Source of the DNA: Octopus vulgaris
Lineage: Eukaryota
NCBI GenBank assembly: GCA_951406725.2
Contig: OX597823.1
Span: 41,726,001-41,790,000 of the forward strand
DNA length: 64,000 bases
Direction: 5' to 3'
Made by a program: the position numbers and the translations under genes
In this document: positions 1-13,724 of the stretch, one piece after another
Numbering within the stretch: position 1 is the stretch's first letter
How the letters are laid out: each line of letters opens with the position of its first letter
The notes under the pieces: generated by a model
The model's database searches: none
Told to the model about the DNA's origin: nothing
The model's input: only the letters and a program-made list of their open reading frames with translations

Positions 1-587
1 ACCCCTTCATACTTCCCTGCCACCATAGATGCACACATATTTCTCTCTCTAAATATAGCTTTTCTTTTTATTGAACGCCAGCTTGTCCTTCTACCATTGT
101 GTCTGCAAGCATTCTCATAGACATATTCTTTCAGTGTAAATCGACCTATCTCCTTCCTCTCTCTCTCTCGCTCTCTCTCTCTCTGCTCACTCTCTTGCAT
201 ATAACAAGTTTCCATGTCTATAAGGTGTTTCAAATCCAAATAACTACCTTCTCCAAACAACCCTTCTATTTTCAAAGGCTTCTGTTCCATCATAGCCTGT
301 CCTTCATTTCCATGTCACCCACTGAATCAAAATTCCAGCTTTCTAACTGTTACTCAGGGGAGAAAAATCTACGCTGATAGATACAATACCTATTCTTTCT
401 CTTCCTCTTCATCTTCCTTTATTAGATTTTTTTAAAAACAGCATTGTGATACTTAAATTATTTTGTCCATAATATAACTGTGATTAGGAAAAGCATTCAA
501 TTAAGTTTTGGCATATGTGTGGTTGATATACCTGTGTGACTCTGGTTGTAAGCTTTTTCCATCTTACATGCGCATACATGCATGTAA

Positions 588-644
<57 letters not shown>

Positions 645-699
645 TATATGTTAAATGTAGAAGCAATGATGAGTGACAATTCTGTAAATAATAATAATC

Positions 700-833
700 A
701 TATGCTTAAAGCTTATAAGCATTCGCCATGTATTGACTAAAGGAAATAGTCTAATATTGGGGCTTGTATTCCCCAATATTAGACGTTTTCTTTAGTCAAT
801 TTATGGTGATCAGTTATAAAGTTTGAGCTTATA
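700..833. repeat. Fold-back (palindromic) element, MITE-like
   Basis: A perfect 14-bp stem GTCTAATATTGGGG (749-762) / CCCCAATATTAGAC (771-784) encloses an 8-nt loop. It continues with ATTGACTAAAG/CTTTAGTCAAT and imperfect pairing out to about 700/833, with TA-rich ends. Confidence 0.8.
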
Positions 834-1339
834 TATACAGAGAGAGAGAGACTGACAGACAGACAGACAGAGAGGGATTTGGTAATGCAAGCAGGAAAAT
901 AGAACTCAAAACTTGAATACTTATTTTCTATTATTTATAATTAGCAGAAGTTACAGAGTGACTCAAAGATCAAGTGTTTTCTGTATTGACACTTGTTAAA
1001 CTTATATATATGTATATGCATATGTGCGTACACACACACACAACATTTGACAGCTGCTCAGACTGCTGGAAGCCAATGTCCAATGATATCTAGAGGCGTG
1101 TTTCTTTTTTCTTTAATAATCCAGCTGATGCTAGCAACATGAAACAAAAGATGTTCAGGTTAAACTTCCATCATACTTTTCTGCTCAAGACTAAGTGAGG
1201 TGACACAGGCTCAAAGAAATCTTCCCTACAGTCTTTTAGTGCATACTAGATCCCATCATGATTTCTCATGTTGATTGTACAGCCAGGCAATAACTGTGAG
1301 CCATCCAGTCTCACTTGTCATATTCAGTATTACATTTAT

Positions 1340-1450
1340 GAATTTGTTTTGTAAGATTCTTGATGTGAAATCGTGTATTGAAACAGATATTGTTATATTT
1401 TGGGACAGTTACTCATGCACTATATATTTGTTCTTCACTTGTTTATTATT
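1340..1450 (+). repeat. Unclassified dispersed repeat (copy 1; inverted copies at about 12380-12565 and 29030-29225)
   Basis: The segment AAGATTCTTGATGTGAAATCGTGTATTGAAACAGATATTGTTATATTTTGGGA is recognisable as a diverged reverse complement at 12497-12556 and 29143-29213. Confidence 0.65.
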
Positions 1451-2125
1451 TTTCCTATTTTATTCTATGACCATTGTCAAGAAATCTTTCGTCACACATC
1501 TGTGATCTCTTGAGCCACTCTTCCATCCACGTGTTTCCTCCTCATCTCAAAGCAGTATTATTATCAGAAATACATTGGAGGTCTGAGTTGTTCAATTTTT
1601 TAATTAGCTTATATGAATAATGGGTGAAGCAAGGCACCATCTCTATTATTTCTCCTTGATGATGCCATTTCATCTATATAGCACAGTCACAATTCACAGA
1701 GTAACAATATCTTGCTGATAAATATTCTAAATTAATCTATACTGTTGGAAATCTTCATGTATCTGTATTTATCAGGTTCTTTATTATCAAAAGTAAATTA
1801 GAGAACTTATAGACATAGAAATATTGTAAACTATAGCATGGCCGGTCATGAAATAACAATACACGCACTATTTGAGATGAGATGCAAAAGAGAATTGTTG
1901 ATATTAAATAATATTGGAATATACATGTAAAGAAATCAGAGAAGTAAAGAATCTCTGTTAGCGGCATTCTTAGGGTCTGCTATCATTTGATGCATTCAAT
2001 ATAATATATTGTTATTCAAATAACTTGATATAATTATAGGTGATATAAATGTTGATTGGTTGGTTGGTTGATTACTCCAATCATGCTTTACATTATATCC
2101 AGAAAGAGGAAGAGAGAGACACAGA

Positions 2126-2169
<44 letters not shown>

Positions 2170-2649
2170 ACATATATATAATGTATGTATATGTTCATAT
2201 GTATACATATATATGTATGTTTATGTGCATATGTATATACTCATACATATATAAGTACACACATGCACATATATATGGCATGTGATAAGTACAAAAGTTA
2301 TGAATGAACTGCTTTTAGTTTCTTACTCATTAAGTACAGTATTCAGCTGTGCTTATATGCAGCATACTGAGTACAATCCACTAATTATTCAAGCTCATGA
2401 AACATAACTACTCAATGAGAATAGACTAGAAATAACATGAGAAAAGAGAAGAGTTGTTCCGAACAAAAGGCAGATATTTCTGATCTTGAAAACTAGATTG
2501 ATGTCCCTTTAAACAGAAGACGAAGGTTAAGTTTGCCAGAAAATGTTCTATCATACAAAAGAGGAAGACTAATGTTAATGCTGAGTGTATATGGTAAAGA
2601 ATGACATGCTCTTGATACTATACCTATACAATGAAGAATTACAGGCTCA

Positions 2650-2950
2650 ATCATCATCATCATCATCATCGTTTAGCATCCGCTTTCCATGCTAGCATGA
2701 GTTGGACGGTTCAACTGGGGTCTGGGAAGCCAGAAGGCTGCACCAGGCCCAGTCTGATCTGGCAATGTTTCTATGGCTGGATGCCCTTCCTAACGCCAAC
2801 CACTCCTTGAGTGTAGTGGGTGCTTTTTATGTGCCAGCCGAGGCTGGCAAACGGCTACAATCGGATGGTACTTTTTACGTGCCACCAGCATGGGGGCCAG
2901 GTGAGGCTGGCAATGGCCACGATCGGATGGTGCTTTTTACATGCCACCGA
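2650..2950 (-). mobile_element. RTE LINE 3' UTR or RTE-tailed SINE fragment with (GAT)n tail
   Basis: On the minus strand it reads GGAGTGGTTGGCGTTAGGAAGGGCATCCAGCC...GCATGGAAAGCGGATGCTAAACGATGATGAT. The same sequence follows the RTE ORF end at 61060-61343. Confidence 0.8.
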
Positions 2951-4159
2951 CATCAACACTTAAATATTCTCAAAGATAAAACATGTCACTTTTTTGCTGA
3001 ATTCACTTGCACTGAGTACTCATGCTACATGAACTTGAATACCTTATAACATTGTGGGTGAATACTGTATTTTCAAGTATGAAACTTGAAGTAGCTTTCT
3101 CATTTGAGCTGTATTTATTAAATGCTATTTCACTTTCATATTTGTGCTTGTTTTTGCTGATATCATCAACAAATGAACAGTACACATTATATATATATCT
3201 ATATATGTGCATATGCATTTGTGTGCTTCCTTATCTTTACATCACATGGTAATTGCAAATGAGTGTCACTGTTGTACAAGCAGAGTTTTTCATTTGTAAT
3301 ATTCCAGGAAATCTTGTCCAGTCAGAAGGAAATATCACCTCATTTGGAAACAGTTGAGGGTTGTGACAGGAAGGGCATAAAAACACAGAAAACCTGTCTC
3401 AACAAGTTCCATCTGATTGATGTCACCATTATTAAGGAGACGATGATGAAGAGGATGATGATGATGATGATGACGGTGACTACGTCAACAATAAATAATG
3501 ACAATACATAAAATTAATTTTTATTCTTCCCTTGCTTCAGAAATAAGTTCAGATGATAATAATTCTAACAGTTGCTAGAACAGTGTTTCCTTGTTCTTTT
3601 ACTCATTATCTATTCTTCATTCTTCCATTTCCTTTTCTAATTTTCAGCAATTGTCTGAAAGGAAATAAAAGTTATTTCCTCTCTGATAATCATTACACAT
3701 TTTTTGTCTGCTCAAAACTTTCATGTTTTGATAAAAACTTATTCCTCATATCATTTGTCTCTGAGTTTCATCATGAGGTTTGATGGAATTTGATATTATT
3801 CACTTGAGTATTGTCTAATAAGTACCATTGTTTGAGGGTGTGGGACTTGTGATTGTTGATTGGTTGTTAGTTGAGTGATGACAGATAAAGAAAACTGAAG
3901 ACTAGTGCATTTGTGGTTTGTGGGTAGTTTATAACACTTAATGTCTTTAAGTTTGTTGGTTGAATAATTTCAAATCATTTACAGTACGTTTCTAAATAGA
4001 AATGATAAAACCATTCTTAGTTTCTTAGATATTTTCATATCTTCATATCTTTTACAATCACACCTACACTGAACAGCATAGAAAGAATTTGTATACATTC
4101 CTACAATATCTGGCAACAGTTAAAAGGCTCTCCAATATTTAACAGTACATATACATCCA

Positions 4160-4193
<34 letters not shown>

Positions 4194-4194
4194 A

Positions 4195-4330
4195 TTTCAA
4201 TTTACAGAAAAACAAAAGACAAAGGCAGGTGTATGAACAACAAGCAGGTCTATTAGCTTGATGCTCAGGAAAGTGAGAAAGTCTTTTACGTTTTGAGCCT
4301 ACAGAAAGGAATATGAGAAAATAATCAGAG
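4195..4330 (-). mobile_element. Penelope-like non-coding fragment (hammerhead region partly deleted), next to (TA)n
   Basis: It is homologous to 14745-14910 (AACAAAAGACAAAGGCAGGTG...GCTCAGGAA...AAAGTCTTTTACGTTTTGAGCCTA). Confidence 0.55.
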
Positions 4331-5430
4331 GTCAAGCATGGTGACTGGTTGGGAAAAAATGTTTGACAGGAGAGGTAGAAAGAAAGAGAGATAATAAAGT
4401 GTTGGTGATCCCTAGATACATATATATATATATATGATTTATTTTAATCATTCTGAGGAAGCTATAGCATGTTGCACAAACACTCAGCTGTGTGTGCACT
4501 GCTTCTGATAGGAGAAACAACTATTAGCTAATGAATGTGATTATGTAACTTCTGTCCTTGTATCATTTGCTAACTGATACTATGCTCTATACCCTCCAAT
4601 CACTTTACTCTAAAGTTTAAATATATTAACTTCTTGTAATTGATTATTTGTATCACTATGCCTGAACGAAGTCATAAAGTACACACACACACACATTCAC
4701 ACACACACTCAATTGCACACATACACTTACACATATATACACGTAGACATTGGGACTTGATGCAGTCCTCCTACTCATGGGCTTCTGCAGAACCAGCAAC
4801 CCCATGCCAGCATCGAAGACATTCATTAAACGGTGATTCCATATATAATTGTGTGTCGGTAAACAGTATTATTTCCTCATAAATATTTATTTCAGACCCA
4901 CCATTGTATATAATTGGCAGTAGTCAACCAGGTCAGGAAACAGTAATTTCGCTTACCAACACACAATTCTAATGGCCACTACACACACTATTAACGTAGG
5001 TGTGCATTGTGTGCCTTGGGATTGTGAACATAAACACGATTCAGTGCAATTTATACTCACCATCTGTTTGATTCTGTGTATGATCTGAGGTATATTATAT
5101 GGTGGCCTGGTCAACTTTTTATCTAACCCCAAGTGTCTGATTACTATGTATTAAAAGACCACCAAGGTATTTGTTCCATAATTCACTTGATGGAGTAGTA
5201 CAAACACAAAATTTTGTCATAGGAGAGAAATGTAATTCCATGAGGTTGTACAAATTATATTTTCTTCAACAAAATATTGCAAAATTTCTCTAACATTCTA
5301 TTTCATTTCTCATTAGAGGCCAATGTCAGAGCTCTGTATTTACCTATAATTATTGGCTGGGTAGTTTCATGAGTTATACTTTAAGATATGTTATAATGTG
5401 CTCTGTTGGGCTCATGTGAATGTTAATAGC

Positions 5431-5525
<95 letters not shown>

Positions 5526-5629
5526 TGCATATGTAGATATATGTATGTATGTAATCTTTATTACTGTTATAATAACTTCAACATCCACTTTTTCATGTGG
5601 CAAAATTCATTAATGAAGGTTTGTATTGA

Positions 5630-5960
5630 CCAGATTTTTTCCTTGTTTCCAATGTGACTGGACATGCTCTCAGTAGATATTGTAGACAAATGCTTCTACT
5701 TATATGATGATAACAATTGTTTACAATCAGTACATGATGTCAAAACAAGGTCAATCAAACATATGCACACATACATGCAGATAAAAAGGCATAAAATCAC
5801 ATAATATATGTATGTATTTATGTATATATGGGATGGGTTTCTTGCAGTTTCAGTCTACCTAATCGCCTCGTAAAGCTTTGCTCAGCTCACAGTTAGAGTA
5901 GAAGATGCTTTCTCAAAATGTGTGCAGTAGAAACTGAAACTGAATCCATTTGGTTGTGTG
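5630..5960 (-). mobile_element. Decayed family-A tRNA/CORE-like SINE
   Basis: It shows diverged reverse-complement similarity to the head at 51412-51572 (TTTCAGTCTACCTAATC...AAAGCTTTG...AGTAGAAGATGCTTTCTCAA) and to the tail seen at 22030-22140. Confidence 0.55.
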
Positions 5961-8879
5961 TGAAGGGAATTTCTCATGTCTAAACCTACAAACTCATATG
6001 CATGCACAAATACATACACACATATAGAAAACACTTAGTAGTGCTCAAATAATTTGAACTTACACTCCTAACCCTTTACCAAGACTCAACACTACAAAGG
6101 GGCTTCTATTTTGAAATCTCTGGATCTCATCTGTTTCCTCCATGCACACACAATCACACACCGATAGATGGAAAATATATGTGTGTATATACATATACAT
6201 GGATGTTAAAAGAAGATATAATTTCATATACATACATACCTATACGGCTGTTATTTTCATTGTATGAAAAGTGTGAAACTTGATGCCTTATGTCCTCCAG
6301 AGGTATTTTTTGGTATAAGTTTTGCATTAATTTTTTTTTTTGTTTTATTTGATTATTTGATTACATAAACTAAAATAGAACCTTTCAAACTGTCTTATCA
6401 TTTTTAATTGTGGTCACCTAAATAAATTATTGGTTTGGTCAGTTCCACAGAATCAATATGTACAGTCATCTACCTATTGTTCTTATGTTGGGTGAATTTT
6501 TCTTTTTATAGACTGGAGATGTCCAAGTCACAAGTGATTAAGCCAAATTATATATTATTACCTGTTTTAATAAAGCTATCACGCAGCACAGACAATGACT
6601 GGTTTATCAAAGGTTATTACATGTCCTTCCTATAAATAGAGGTGTTTCAAGCTATAACAGTTGACAGAGATGAAATAAGTAGACAGATAGACACTCACAG
6701 CCACTTAGACATAAATACATTCTGACATAAACCACTGCTATTTATTGTTTGGAAATAAACTTCAATACGAAAAATACTTGGCAGGTGAAAGAAAATTGAC
6801 ATAAAATTGAAAGGTGTGTGAGGTTTGTACTGTAAAGCTTTGGTGTTATACATACACACATACTGACACACATGTATATGAGTACATATATATATTACAC
6901 ACACGCACACACACATATATATATATATGAGGTTTGACCCTGTTTTAAGCATATAGTTTTATCTGTCTTTTACCTTTATCAAGAGAATAATTATTGTTCA
7001 CTTTAAAGACAGAGAAATTGTAGAACTGTTAAAGCATTGGAGAAAAATGTATAACAGCATTTCTTCCAGCTCTTTATATTCTGAGTTCAAATCCCACTAC
7101 TGCCAACCTTGCCTTACATCCTTATATCTATATGCACATGCACACACATACAATGGAGTGGGCTTCTTGCAGTTCTATGCACCAAACTACTCACAAAGCT
7201 TTGGACCTCTCAGAGCTATTTAGTAGAAGACACTTGCCAAAGATTCCATGTCATGGGGCAGAACCAGATGGTTTAGAAGCAAACTCTTTAACCATACAGC
7301 CATACCTGCACCTTTATGTGTTTGTGTGTGTGTGTGTGTTTCTGATATTTATCATCTTCCTTGCTTCTATATAGCATGTTGTACCTGTTAAAAAAAACTT
7401 GCAAAATAAATTTCCAAACCACAAGAATACAAATTTAGATTTACCAGCTCCTTCCTTCTTTGAACTGAATTTAGATGTAGATTTTCACCGACAACTACCT
7501 TTTGGTAGCTCTGTCAGACAATATATTCTTCTTCTTGCACATATTTGAAGCAGCTTGAGTCTTTTCGTAGAAACATATCTGTAGTATATTTTCAAACTAA
7601 TACAACCAGTCTGTTGATTTCTCTCTACTAATATCACCAAGCTCATACTTTAGTGTCATAGCAATCTACTTTAAATGTCAATGCTTTCAGATATTTCTCT
7701 CAAATGAAAAAATCCTTTTCTCTCAGTGCAAGACCTAAGACATCAGATTTCTATTCTTCCTGTAACATATAAATGTATTGAAACTCATAAACTTCTGCTT
7801 TTTAGTTACTTATCTAAGTCATTTCCCATTTACATGGACTCAGTTCTCTTTTTTTTTCTTCTGTGCCTGTGTGTTATCTGTAGAAGGCAACTTACAAAAT
7901 AGGGAAATGGAAAACATTGGTCAAAGACTCTCATCAAAGGAGTTGACTGGATATATTCGCAAATAAGTTTTGATTTGAACATCTGTACAACATCATCATA
8001 TAACGTCTGTCTTTCATGCTGGCATAGCTTGAATGATTTAATAAGATCTAACTTGTCAGAGGACTGCATCAGGCTCCAATATCCACAGTGGCATGGTTCC
8101 TACACCTTGATGCTTTTCCTAATATCACCCACTTTATAGAGTGTTCTGGGTGATTTTTCATGTCATCAGCACAAGTGTGAACACTGAATAACTCACTAGA
8201 CAAAACCACTCAAACTGAGTGATGATAATATTAAGGGTAGTAGCTTTATGGCCTCTTATGAGAAGTGAGATTATTATAGAGGGATAGCAACAAGTGTCTT
8301 GCTGTGGAGGAGATACATGACTAGCCAAAAGATGGTGGTGATTCAGTTTCAGTATGTACCCACAAGGTACAAGAGGGTGAATGTGATAGGAGATTGGGAC
8401 AAAGGGACATGATGAGAGTGATGGCTAGTTAGAGGTGGGGATATACAAGAATGAAGTGAGTGACAAACAAGGAAGGGGGAATTGTTAGTGGCATATACCA
8501 GTTGGGTAAAAGGACTAAGGGTAGATCAGGGAGAATGAGACAAGTGGCAGGGCAATAGAAGTGGGGGGGGGAGTTAGACAGCAGCAGCTTATGACAAAAG
8601 TTTGTCCAACCAATGATTAATCTATTACTACATACATCTTTAATAACAAAATATTCATTAAAAACATAAATTTAAAAAAAAACAAAGCAATACCTGTAAA
8701 TTATCAATAGTTTCAGATTTTAATTTATCAGCAAGAAATATGATATTAAGTTTCGTGAGTTTTTTTATTTTTATTTTGTGTCTCTTGAATCATATGACTA
8801 ATCACTTGGCACCAATAATCAGTTAGTTCTGTCAGCTAGTGATTTTATACAGATATTGTCATAATAGCTAAATATTTTG

Positions 8880-9220
8880 GCATTCAATAAAGCCAGTGTG
8901 TGGCAGCTAATTTTAAAGAATATTGTTTAGATTCATACTTAGATATTGGATTGTGAATCCTCATCTGGATATAGTCTTTCATAAACTTCTTTTTGTCAGC
9001 CAAAGGTCTCAGAGAAATTACCTTGGTCATTGTGTCAATTTTCTTTATGGTTAAACACAGTTCGTAGTGTAAAACTTTGACAAAAGAAGACGTGAAAAGG
9101 AGAAATGATTGGGTCACTGATAATGGTATTTAGACAGCAATGTCATTCAATCACCCTCGAGATTCTTCTCTAACTCAGCCATTGTCTAACTGGTCACTAC
9201 TTTCTCCAACTATTTATCAA
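8880..9220 (-). pseudogene. Possible decayed IS630/Tc1-like transposase fragment
   Basis: Minus-strand peptides LEKVVTS*TMAELEKNLEG and SFVKVLHYELCLTIKKI...KKKFMKDYI resemble the HTH and 'LGLTxKK' linker of IS630-Tc1 transposases. It has stops and frameshifts and the similarity is weak. Confidence 0.3.
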
Positions 9221-9939
9221 AACTAACATCTGCGAACAAGGTGAGCAAAATAATTTTCTCCTGATATTTAACTTTCTTGCCAGCATTTTCATGCAAACAA
9301 GAAAGTTCTATCTCCCTCTGTTGAGGATTTAAGCTACAAAAATAAATAAAATGCTTTCATTTTAACAGTGGCTATCAGTAGTCTTGGTCTTCTTTTTATA
9401 TTTGTATCTGATTTGTTAGAATGTGTTTTCTTCTTTACAACTGATTTTTAAAGAATTTTTCATGTGTTTTTGTCATAAATACACCCACTATCAAAACAAA
9501 AACAACAAAAAACAAAAACATGAAAAAAAATCTTTGATTGAAACTGAATTGCTATCTTTTAAAGTAAGTTTAGAATAACAAGAATTATTCAGAAACTGTT
9601 TACTAAACAGAAGCAACACATTGTACAGAATCAACCAAACAAATCATATGTTATTTCCCTCGTCTGACTGTTTATTTCTTGTATTTTATTTGGATAGATG
9701 AATAGATCAACCCATCCAGTCAAATGTGACATACTGTGGCTCTGTGGGAACTTCATAAGGACGAAGTTTTCCTACAACCATATATATATATATATATATA
9801 TATAGACATATAATCATCATCATCACCCAGGTTAGTCCTGCTGGCATGCATGGAAGGTAATGATGATGATTATATATATATATATACACACACACACATG
9901 TATATACACACACATACATGTACATGTGTGTGTAGTGTC

Positions 9940-10168
9940 TGTATGTTTTTGTGCCTATGTTTGTCCCACCAATGCCTCTTGACATCTAGTGTTGGTTTGC
10001 TATGCCCCATAGCTTAGCAGTTCTGCAAAAGAGACCAATAGAATAAGTACCAAGCTTTAAAGAGAAAAGAAATATGTACTGGGGTCGATTTTTTTTTGAC
10101 TAAAAATTCTCCAAGATGGTGCCCCTGTATGGCCACAGTCTAATGTCTGAAACAAGTAAAAGCATAAA
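9940..10168 (+). mobile_element. Family-A SINE 3' half
   Basis: It matches 51630-51838 (GCAAAAGAGACC.ATAGAATAAGTAC...GGGGTCGATTT...ATGGCCACAGTC.AATG.CTGAAACAAGTAAAAG). Confidence 0.75.
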
Positions 10169-11323
10169 AGAAAAAAATAATACAGCTAATAAAAATAAAA
10201 ATAAATGAAATAAAAATAATCAAAGCAAAACAGTGAATGATGAAATGTGGATGAAAACAAGAAAATAATAATGATGATAATGATGGTGAGGTATGTGATG
10301 AAAGTTTTGGTGTAAATAAATCGAAAAATGATAACGAGGTGGGATGCAATATTATAAAGGTTATGATAGAAATGTAGATAAGATGAAGGTGGCAGCTTTT
10401 TGGTAATGGAAATATAATTGACCAATATATCTAGGGTTGTATGAAACCATAACAGATACAGCGTAGGATGGTATTCTGCATTTTGTATTTGTACATTTGG
10501 ATACAATATGTATATGTATATTGATGTATTCATTTCTGTATTATATGTAGTGTAGCCAAAAAATATCTTAGTGGTAGTGGTGGTTGATGTTACTGTACAA
10601 GGGTACTTTTTTGTAATACTATATGCAGTGTATGTTATGTAGAGTGTGAAATATGTGTAATGAAGCTGAAGTACAATCATTTTTGGTGTATTGAAAATTC
10701 TATATTCTTGGCTTCATGTGAAGGTCTATAATTTAAGAAGTCCTATAAATTTTCTGCCAGAAGGACCTTCTTAAATTATAAACCTTTATCTATTATAGAA
10801 ATTCATCTTCTCGGATTTTTATTTACAAAACTCTGCATTCCCAAAAATAAAATTTGTAACATTTCTTTGGTACAAAGAATGCATTTTGTTTCTTTGTCTC
10901 TCTATGATTTGACTGTAGAATGCAACATTGCTTTTTTCATGTACCAAAGGTAACTTGATAATTTTATTGTATTCTTTGCTTGATACGAAGGTGCTGGGCC
11001 TATCTACTCTTAAATTCATTTCTTTTAAGGCTTATTCAAGGAGCTAATGAGCACATTTTTAATAAGGTTCTTTTATAGATTTATACAATTTCAGCCAGTT
11101 CAGATGGCTCTGTTAACATTCATCTGTAATCTATTACGATAATACCAATTTAATTAACTATATTAGAGGGAGCTATGTTCTGTGCTATACTGGGAGAGGT
11201 GGAATGAAATAGTTTGACTATCTTCCTATTGAAAAGCTTATATTGGTTTCTAGAGAAGTGTCTATCTAATAAGGAGATAACTGTTTTATAAATGCAGCAA
11301 TTTGCATGCTGCACCATGGATTA

Positions 11324-11540
11324 CAAGAGGGTGCTGAAAAGTTCCTGGCTTTAGGTAAAAGAAAATACAGGAGGCTCAGTTAATTATGATTTTATTCAAC
11401 ATATTCTCCTCTCAGATTCACACACTTATTGCAGCATTCCTTCAGTTTTTCCAAGCCCTGTAAAAGAATTCAGAAGGCTGGGCCTCCAACCAGGCTTTTT
11501 GTGATAGCTTTAAGACCAGGAACTTTTCAGCATCCCTTCG
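11324..11540. mobile_element. Mariner-type MITE (217 bp)
   Basis: The left TIR CAAGAGGGTGCTGAAAAGTTCCTGG matches the reverse complement of the right end, CGAAGGGATGCTGAAAAGTTCCTGG, with a 17-bp perfect core. It is flanked by TA at 11322-11323 and 11541-11542. Confidence 0.88.
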
Positions 11541-11954
11541 TATACCATGTAAATTTTCCATGTCTGTGATCATGTTTGGTCAACTGAATTACCTGCTCAT
11601 TGAATTAAGATGTATAATTGGCTGAGAATTCCACAGGCATATGTATTCTTAACGAAGCTCTTAATATGAATCAGTGTGATATGAGGTGACCAGTCTGCAC
11701 TTTTAAATTACAGGTACATTTTGTCCAATGGACTTCCATATAGCAAGCAATGGCTGTGTTTATGTAGATATAAATGAAAGTAGTTTGTTTACACACACAC
11801 ACTTTGTCTGTATCTTATCTTATTCATATATGCCAGTACCATCTCATATAACTATTTAATTTGCTTTGTTGTGTATTGGGAACATAATTGTTCCAGCAAG
11901 AACACACACACACAGAGGTTCTTTTTCATTTCTTTTGTTATTAATAGTAAACTC

Positions 11955-12172
11955 AAGGCATTGCAAAATCATTAGCACACCTCACAAAATACTTAGAAGC
12001 ATTGTGTACACCTTTACACTTTGAATTCTAATTCTGCCCAAGTCAACCTTGATTTCTATCCTTTTGGGGTGGATAAAATAAATACCAGTTGAACACTGGG
12101 GTCAATCTAATCAGCTTATCCCCTGCCCTGAACCTACTGATCTTGTAACAAAATTTGAAACAATTATTATTA
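11955..12172 (+). mobile_element. Family-B tRNA SINE (GGCCTTGTGCC-type tail), decayed
   Basis: It is similar to 27363-27530 (GCAAAATCATTAGCA...ATCCTTTTGGGGTGGATAAAATAAATACCAGTTGAACACTGGGGTCAAT) and ends in ATT repeats. Confidence 0.7.
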
Positions 12173-12650
12173 GTCAAATAGTTAGCTGTTTGGTCAATTA
12201 ACTAATTCTTTATTTTATTAATTTTTCAGTAAGTCAAACAATCAGCTAGGTTTGTCAGAGTCTTTTCATCACCATTTGTGACTTTATCAAGGACTGAGAC
12301 CTGGAGTAGAGAAGGCATATCATTGATGAGGTCCTGCATAGTGACAAATGGACCTTCGTGAACTTTGCTGACTGGTTGACTAACTAAACATTTGGTCAAA
12401 CAACCAATTAAATAATTGGTTAAGAAATGAAATAATTCACTAATCATAATAAAAGAAGTGAAACAGAACCAGTGTATGTGATTATTATTTGTAAAATGAC
12501 CCTCCCAAAATACATGATCTATTTCAGCACACAATTTCACATCAATAATCTTGCAAACCAAATACGAAAGCTGATATATTTAATTTTTGAATGCTTAATA
12601 TATAATGTTTTTAATAATGGATTTCTTTTTTTCTTATTTTTTCCAAACAG

Positions 12651-12848
12651 ATACACGATGTAGAGGAGATGACTTAAAAATATTAAATGGTAATGTGGAT
12701 ATAGTTCCCTATAACAGATTTGGAGCCATGGCAAAATACACCTGTGAAAAAGGCTACGTACTCTATGGCAATGCAACCCGGATTTGCCAAGGAGATGAAA
12801 AATGGAGCGGAGAGATACCTCGATGTGTCATGAAGGATCCAGATGTTG
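12651..12848 (+). CDS. Internal coding exon encoding one Sushi/CCP (SCR) domain of an extracellular multi-exon protein
   Basis: A polypyrimidine tract and acceptor (tttcttattttttccaaacAG, AG at 12649-12650) precede it, and the donor G|GTGAGA has GT at 12849-12850. It is 198 nt, phase 1 at both ends. Translation (D)[65 protein letters not shown] has the four Cys, NG, Y-x-C-x-x-GY-x-L-x-G and WSG-x-x-P-x-C hallmarks of CCP domains, plus an N-glycosylation sequon NAT. Confidence 0.93.
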
Positions 12849-12902
12849 GTGAGAAAAATACTTCAGGATTTCTATACACACTTATTTTTGTTTATAGAGA
12901 AT

Positions 12903-12914
12903 TATATATATATA

Positions 12915-12954
<40 letters not shown>

Positions 12955-12958
12955 TGTG

Positions 12959-13010
<52 letters not shown>

Positions 13011-13048
13011 ATATATATATATATATATATCCATATATGTGTATATAT

Positions 13049-13081
<33 letters not shown>

Positions 13082-13240
13082 CCATATATGTGTATATATA
13101 TATATATAAGGTGCACATATATATATATATATATAATGTGCACATATATACATATACACACACACATATGTGTATGTCTACATATGCATATAAATGTACA
13201 TGTTTATGCATATGTGTATGTAGATGTGTATGTATGTGTG

Positions 13241-13279
<39 letters not shown>

Positions 13280-13581
13280 TGCTTTCCTTATTTACATTTA
13301 CAACACCATAGATTAGTCAAGTTTATGTAAGTCAGCATGTCTTGATATTTTGAGTGTTGAAAACAATCTCTTCCTTTGGTATTTATTGTTTTAGAAAGAT
13401 TATAGATTTACTTGCATGTTGAATAACCACATCAAGGTCACAGATGTGGAACTAGAAATGCAGGAATGTATGAGGGAGAATGGACTAAATCATTTCAGGA
13501 ACCATCTACGAATGTCTATATGCACAACATAGATAATTACATACATGTGTGCGTATATATATATATATATATATATATGTG

Positions 13582-13618
<37 letters not shown>

Positions 13619-13639
13619 ATATGTGTATATATATATATG

Positions 13640-13724
<85 letters not shown>

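Noticed and set aside
7440-7760. Possible LINE endonuclease remnant on the minus strand (SDVLGLA, VVVGEN)
   Set aside because: There are only two weak motifs among many stops, which is not enough to call.
7860-7966. Acceptor-like ctgtAG followed by EGNLQNREMENIGQRLSSKELTGYIRK*
   Set aside because: All frames stop quickly, and there is no convincing donor or domain similarity.
12605-13060. 151-aa ORF as a complete gene
   Set aside because: Only 12651-12848 is coding. The flanks are a polypyrimidine tract and TA repeat outside canonical splice sites.
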